NCBI GenBank assembly: GCA_963668645.2 | Contig: CAXXWC010000003.1 | Location: 352,001 to 416,000 of the forward strand | Reading direction: 5' to 3' | Length of the DNA stretch: 64,000 bases | DNA from: Desulfobacterales bacterium | Lineage (GTDB): Bacteria > Desulfobacterota > Desulfobacteria > Desulfobacterales > UBA2174 | Shown: one piece after another, positions 60,032 to 64,000 of the stretch | How positions within the stretch are numbered: position 1 is the stretch's first letter | Layout of the letters: each line of letters starts with the position of its first letter | The notes under the pieces: generated by a model | What the model was told of the DNA's origin: nothing | Seen by the model: the letters and a program-made list of their open reading frames with translations, nothing else | Databases searched by the model: none | Made by a program: the position numbers and the translations under genes

Positions 60032-60526
60032 TCAAAAACGCCGCCTGTACCCTCCTGCCACATGGGCCCGGCCCCGTTTTTCGGCATACCCGTGGACCTC
60101 GAAGCTGTAGAGCTGGCTGGTGGTGGTCATGGCCAGACTGCTGCCGCTGGCGATGCCCTGGGCGGTAGCGGCAAAACGGGCGGTGTCGGCGTTAACGGCC
60201 GAAACGGCGCTGACGTCAGTATCGGCAATAACGGATTGCGAGTCCAGGTTCGTAGCCGTGTTGTGGAGCCAGGTGAAAGTGGTGGTGGTCGGCCTCAGGT
60301 TCTGGTTGGATGCGTCATCCATCCTTTGCATTGCTTCCATCATGGCCGCCTCGGCCAGGTAGAATAATTCCTTGTAGTCGCGCTCGTTGCCGGCCACCTG
60401 CATTTCAATACCCGTAATCTGGGTGATGGAAATCCCCATCAGGGTGACGAGCATCAGCAACACCAGGGCAATGATGATGATCGAGCCTTTTTGACGTTGG
60501 CCGTTATGTCTGATGAATCGCATCAT
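60032..60526 (-). CDS. pilX: Type IV minor pilin PilX
   Basis: QKG|SIIIIAL class III signal without Glu5; E.QVAGN.R....FY.AEAA. Confidence 0.85.
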   Translation of the reverse strand: MMRFIRHNGQRQKGSIIIIALVLLMLVTLMGISITQITGIEMQVAGNERDYKELFYLAEAAMMEAMQRMDDASNQNLRPTTTTFTWLHNTATNLDSQSVIADTDVSAVSAVNADTARFAATAQGIASGSSLAMTTTSQLYSFEVHGYAEKRGRAHVAGGYRRRF

Positions 60527-60583
60527 TTCTTGAGTTTCTCCGTCGATGCTACCCGGTTGGTGGCTACCCCCGGGTTATCCGCC

Positions 60584-61012
60584 TCATAGATTGGCCTTGA
60601 CGCCGGTAAGATGAACCGTCTGGCTGCGGCCATACCGGTTGTGCCAGACTGCCGTCAGATCGACCTTTTTGGCGCCCGAGACCGGCTCATCGTCCTTGAC
60701 CGTCCAGGAGATGGTATAGCCGGCCGGCGGGTTGGTATCTAGCTGGGAATCGGTTCCCGTGTCGGCCAGCAGCGGGTCGTCAAAAGGCAGCCCCATCAGC
60801 ACTTCCATGCGGTCCTGGGCCCAGGTGACCCCTTCGGTGAGTTCCATGGCGTACTGGTTGCCCATCAAGCCGGAGATCTGCATCCGGGCGACAGCCAGAA
60901 ACCCGACGGCGAGGATGGTCAATGCGATCAACACCTCGATCAGGGTGTAGCCCCCTGCGGTCTGCCGGCACCGGCGGCCGGAACGAAGTCCTCTGAAGCC
61001 TTCCGTTTTCAT
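60584..61012 (-). CDS. pilV: Type IV minor pilin PilV
   Basis: G|YTLIEVLIALTILAVGFLAVA.MQ, AQDRME.L. Confidence 0.82.
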   Translation of the reverse strand: MKTEGFRGLRSGRRCRQTAGGYTLIEVLIALTILAVGFLAVARMQISGLMGNQYAMELTEGVTWAQDRMEVLMGLPFDDPLLADTGTDSQLDTNPPAGYTISWTVKDDEPVSGAKKVDLTAVWHNRYGRSQTVHLTGVKANL

Positions 61013-61082
61013 TCCCTCTTCCTTTTTCCGGGGCTAAGCTCTCGCATGATAACGCGCCTGTGGCGTTGGACAGGCGAAAACA

Positions 61083-61760
61083 TTAAATCCCCATATTCCG
61101 GCAGCGGATGGTGCTGGTCAAAAGCCGGCGCCGCAAATGATCATTGGCGCTAAGCAGGATATCGCCCTGTTGGTTTCGGTAGACTGTCGTGTTGTGATAG
61201 TCTGGATCGGCCTTATCGGTGATGGCCACCATGGTCACCTGGACCGAGCGGATATCCTTCAATCTTGTCGACGACACGTCGCTTCGGCCGGGATTGATGG
61301 GGTTGTTATCCTCGTCCATATAAACCAGGTCCAGGACTTCGATGTTTTCGGCCAGGCGCTGGAGCCCGCCGCCCCAGATTTCTCTTCTCAGGTAGCCCGA
61401 ACTGATTGTGTAGCGAACCTGCTCGTTGGTATCGTTCGTTGAGGCGACCATGTTGCCGTCGCCGTTAAGATCGGCCGTGAACTGCATCTCGTCATCATCT
61501 GCGATCAAAAAGCCGGCGCCGGCGGTGCGAATCGGATCGTAGCCGGCCATCCGCAATTCGCGCTCCAGGTGATACATCCCGGCACGCAGGCTCTGCTGCA
61601 TGGCCGTAACCTGGCTCTGGGCCAGATAGGTTTTTTGCTGGGTCAGATAAGAGGTATAGATGGCCGTCAGCGCCACGGCAAAAATCACCATCGCGATGAG
61701 CAACTCGACCAGGGTAAATCCAGCCCAATCATCTTTTTTGTTCGGATATCGCTTTATCAT
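61083..61760 (-). CDS. pilW: Type IV minor pilin PilW
   Basis: G|FTLVELLIAM, MQQ.LR....L.RELRMAGY, LAENIE.L...Y, IRSV.V, RN. Confidence 0.85.
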   Translation of the reverse strand: MIKRYPNKKDDWAGFTLVELLIAMVIFAVALTAIYTSYLTQQKTYLAQSQVTAMQQSLRAGMYHLERELRMAGYDPIRTAGAGFLIADDDEMQFTADLNGDGNMVASTNDTNEQVRYTISSGYLRREIWGGGLQRLAENIEVLDLVYMDEDNNPINPGRSDVSSTRLKDIRSVQVTMVAITDKADPDYHNTTVYRNQQGDILLSANDHLRRRLLTSTIRCRNMGI

Positions 61761-62212
61761 ATGAAACTCGATCCGTTCCATTTCATGATATGGATGACTC
61801 CAGAGGACTGCACCTGCACTTGGAAGTAGCCGGTTCTGGCCTCATTTGTCAGTCGAACGATCCCGTCGTTGGACAATCCCCTGCTGTTAAACGTGATAAA
61901 GGCCGGAAAACCCGAACTGCCATCCGGATTTTTGAAGGTTATCCCACTGCCGTAACCATCAAGGTTGACGGTCTTGGAAAGGCATTCGATGGTATAGCCA
62001 TCAGCGTCGAAGAGAACCTTGCAGTCCTGCCCGTTGCGAACCGCCGTCATCTTGGCCAGATTCAGATTACTGAACAGCTCATCCACCGCGGATTTGAGCC
62101 GGTACTTGGGCAGCCACCCAAGAAAGTTGGGTACGGCGATGGCGGCCAAAACAGCGATAATGGTGATGATGATCATCAACTCCATCAAGGTGAATCCAGA
62201 TTGTCGGCGCAT
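61757..62212 (-). CDS. fimU: FimU/FimT (GspH-like) minor pilin
   Basis: QSG|FTLMELMI...IIAVLAAIAVP, L...L..AK..AV, ITFNSRG. Confidence 0.85.
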   Translation of the reverse strand: MRRQSGFTLMELMIIITIIAVLAAIAVPNFLGWLPKYRLKSAVDELFSNLNLAKMTAVRNGQDCKVLFDADGYTIECLSKTVNLDGYGSGITFKNPDGSSGFPAFITFNSRGLSNDGIVRLTNEARTGYFQVQVQSSGVIHIMKWNGSSFI

Positions 62213-62260
62213 GATCGGAACTCCGGGTTATCCAATTGAAAAACGATTGATTCCAAAATC

Positions 62261-62277
62261 TAACAAAAAGCATGCCA
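62261..62277 (-). promoter_or_regulatory. sigma54-like -24/-12 promoter of the minor pilin operon
   Basis: TGGCATGCTTTTTGTTA on the minus strand; spacing matches TGGCACGNNNNTTGC with GT at -12; about 50 bp upstream of fimU. Confidence 0.5.
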
Positions 62278-62547
62278 GAAATCTTAAGACCGCTCAAAAT
62301 CTCTTTGCGGCCGTCAGGCAACCCAAAAACATGTTGTATTTACAGGGAATAAAGCAATGAAGAAGCCACAGGCAAGCATGCCTCGGATGGCAACGGACAT
62401 CCTGGCGAAGGATTCATCTATAAAAATATTTTATAGTTATAAATTTTTTTAATACTGAACCGGTCCCCCAGTATCCATCGCCGCGCGACGGAAAAAATGC
62501 CGGTCGCGCCTTTCCGATTCCGATGAAGATGGCCGGTTGGATGCCGC

Positions 62548-63366
62548 TCAGCACCCTTGAAGATAGGCCACGGCGTTTTGAAAAATCGCCAGCCCCGGGG
62601 TCGGGTTCTCCGGCATGGGGGTACCGGCACGCCGGCATCGATCCTTGACCCGGGCCCAGTCCGGATGGTTGGTCCAGTGATGGTAGGCTTCCGGATGGGG
62701 CATGAGGCCGAAGATCCGTCCGCTCGGATCGCAGATGCCGGCGATATCCGCCAGCGAACCGTTGGGATTGGCAGGAAAAGCGCCTTGGGCCGGCCGGCCC
62801 TGTGCGTCGGCATAGCGCAGCACGACCTGCTTTTCGGCTTCCAGGCGATGGAGGATTTCGGGGGCTGCGACAAACTTCCCCTCTCCATGACGGATGGGCA
62901 GTTCGAGATCGGCAAGACCGCGGGTGAAGATGCACGCATTGCCCTCTTCCACCGCCAGATGGACCCAAGCGTCACGGAAGTTGCCGCAATCGTTGTAGGT
63001 CAGGGCTACGCATCGAGCGGTGTAATCACCGTCCAGACCGGGAAGCAGGCCGAGGTTGACCAGCACCTGGAACCCGTTGCAGATCCCTATTACCAGCTTG
63101 CCGCGGGTAACAAAGGAGAGGATCTGGTCGCCGATCTGGTTTTTCATGCGCACGGCCTGCACCACCCCGGCCCCGTGATCGTCGCCCCAGCTGAACCCGC
63201 CGCCGAAGACCAGAATCTGAAAACGGTCCAGGGTCACCTCTCCGCCGATCAGGGCGTTGATGTGGACCCGCCTGGCGCGGGCCCCGGCCATATTCAGGGT
63301 GTGGGCCGTTTCATGGTCGCAGTTCAATCCGTATCCGGTCAGTACCAGGGCATCGATGGGTGTCAT
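62548..63366 (-). CDS. purQ: Phosphoribosylformylglycinamidine synthase glutaminase subunit
   Basis: G.NCD.ET, GGFSWGD, GICNGFQ, HGEGK, NPNGS, MPHPE. Confidence 0.93.
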   Translation of the reverse strand: MTPIDALVLTGYGLNCDHETAHTLNMAGARARRVHINALIGGEVTLDRFQILVFGGGFSWGDDHGAGVVQAVRMKNQIGDQILSFVTRGKLVIGICNGFQVLVNLGLLPGLDGDYTARCVALTYNDCGNFRDAWVHLAVEEGNACIFTRGLADLELPIRHGEGKFVAAPEILHRLEAEKQVVLRYADAQGRPAQGAFPANPNGSLADIAGICDPSGRIFGLMPHPEAYHHWTNHPDWARVKDRCRRAGTPMPENPTPGLAIFQNAVAYLQGC

Positions 63367-63430
63367 GGAAGCGGTCTCCAGCAAACGGATGGCCCTTAAC
63401 GGAAAAAGGGCCATCACAAAAAATGACAGG

Positions 63431-64000
63431 TTAAATCAGATCATCGAACGGCCGCTTCCAGGTGTCGAGAAGCCGTTCGAGCCCAAGGCGCAGCAGGTCG
63501 CCGCCGCCGGTGCGGACCGCCAGCACCGGATCGGCCTGCACCGTGCCGACCCGGGCCCAGGGCAGGTCTTTGAAAAGAGACTCAAAACGCTCGCGGCAAG
63601 CCTCGTCCACCGTGACGATGAACCTTCCGGCTGATTCGGAAAAAAGCAGCTTGTCGGGCCGCAGTTGCTCCCTGACGGGAACACGGTCCAGATCGATATC
63701 CAACCCGAGTCCGCCGGCCATCGCCACCAGGCAAAAATGCACCCCCAGCCCGCCGCGGTAGACCCCGTGGGCCGAGGCGACCCATCCCTGGCCGATGGCG
63801 CGAGCCAAAGCCTGGTATACGGGCCAGAACCGTTCCGGGGCCGTATGGGGCACCCGGCAGCCGGTATAGCCGAAAAGATCGTAATACTCCGAGCCGCCCA
63901 GTTCGTCTCCGGTTTCTCCCAGCACGTAGACACCGTCGCCCGGGGCCTTGGCATCCATCGTGGTGCAGCCTCGAACATCATCGATGGCACTGACGACGGC
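63431..64000 (-). CDS. purL: Phosphoribosylformylglycinamidine synthase PurL, C-terminal part (5' partial)
   Basis: TMDAK..GD.VYVLGET..ELGGSEY, SAH...GGL, LFSES.GRF.V.V; upstream of purQ. Confidence 0.88.
   Translation of the reverse strand, partial: AVVSAIDDVRGCTTMDAKAPGDGVYVLGETGDELGGSEYYDLFGYTGCRVPHTAPERFWPVYQALARAIGQGWVASAHGVYRGGLGVHFCLVAMAGGLGLDIDLDRVPVREQLRPDKLLFSESAGRFIVTVDEACRERFESLFKDLPWARVGTVQADPVLAVRTGGGDLLRLGLERLLDTWKRPFDDLI

Overview
GC-rich bacterial chromosomal window; gene content and order suggest a sulfate-reducer-type deltaproteobacterium (Desulfobacterales-like, inference). Most of it is housekeeping: apbC/mrp, larE, glpK with a YejABEF/Opp-type ABC transporter, rplM-rpsI, ruvCAB, tolQRAB-pal-cpoB, sdhCAB, dnaX-ybaB-recR, tRNA-Ser(GGA), hflKC, groES-groEL, purQ and partial purL. 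The standout is a type IV pilus tip cluster (fimU-pilW-pilV-pilX-pilY1-pilY2-like, then DUF4124 and a PilB/GspE ATPase). Its PilY1 is 4069 aa: about 21 cadherin/Ig-like domains (15 forming an exact 330-bp-period tandem array), 3 PKD domains and a MopE-like motif precede the vWA/beta-propeller core, and two foreign domains are inserted in the core. Other observations: a glutamate racemase homolog lacking both catalytic cysteines, a 32-aa bS22 gene missed by the ORF track, two intergenic 9-bp-period repeat elements, a candidate DUF134 operator, an HTH-PTS IIA/CLC/USP module, and frameshifts in rplM and a permease that look like sequencing indels. No CRISPR, rRNA, transposase, integrase or reverse transcriptase was seen. 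All family calls come from motif recognition by eye; no database search was run.
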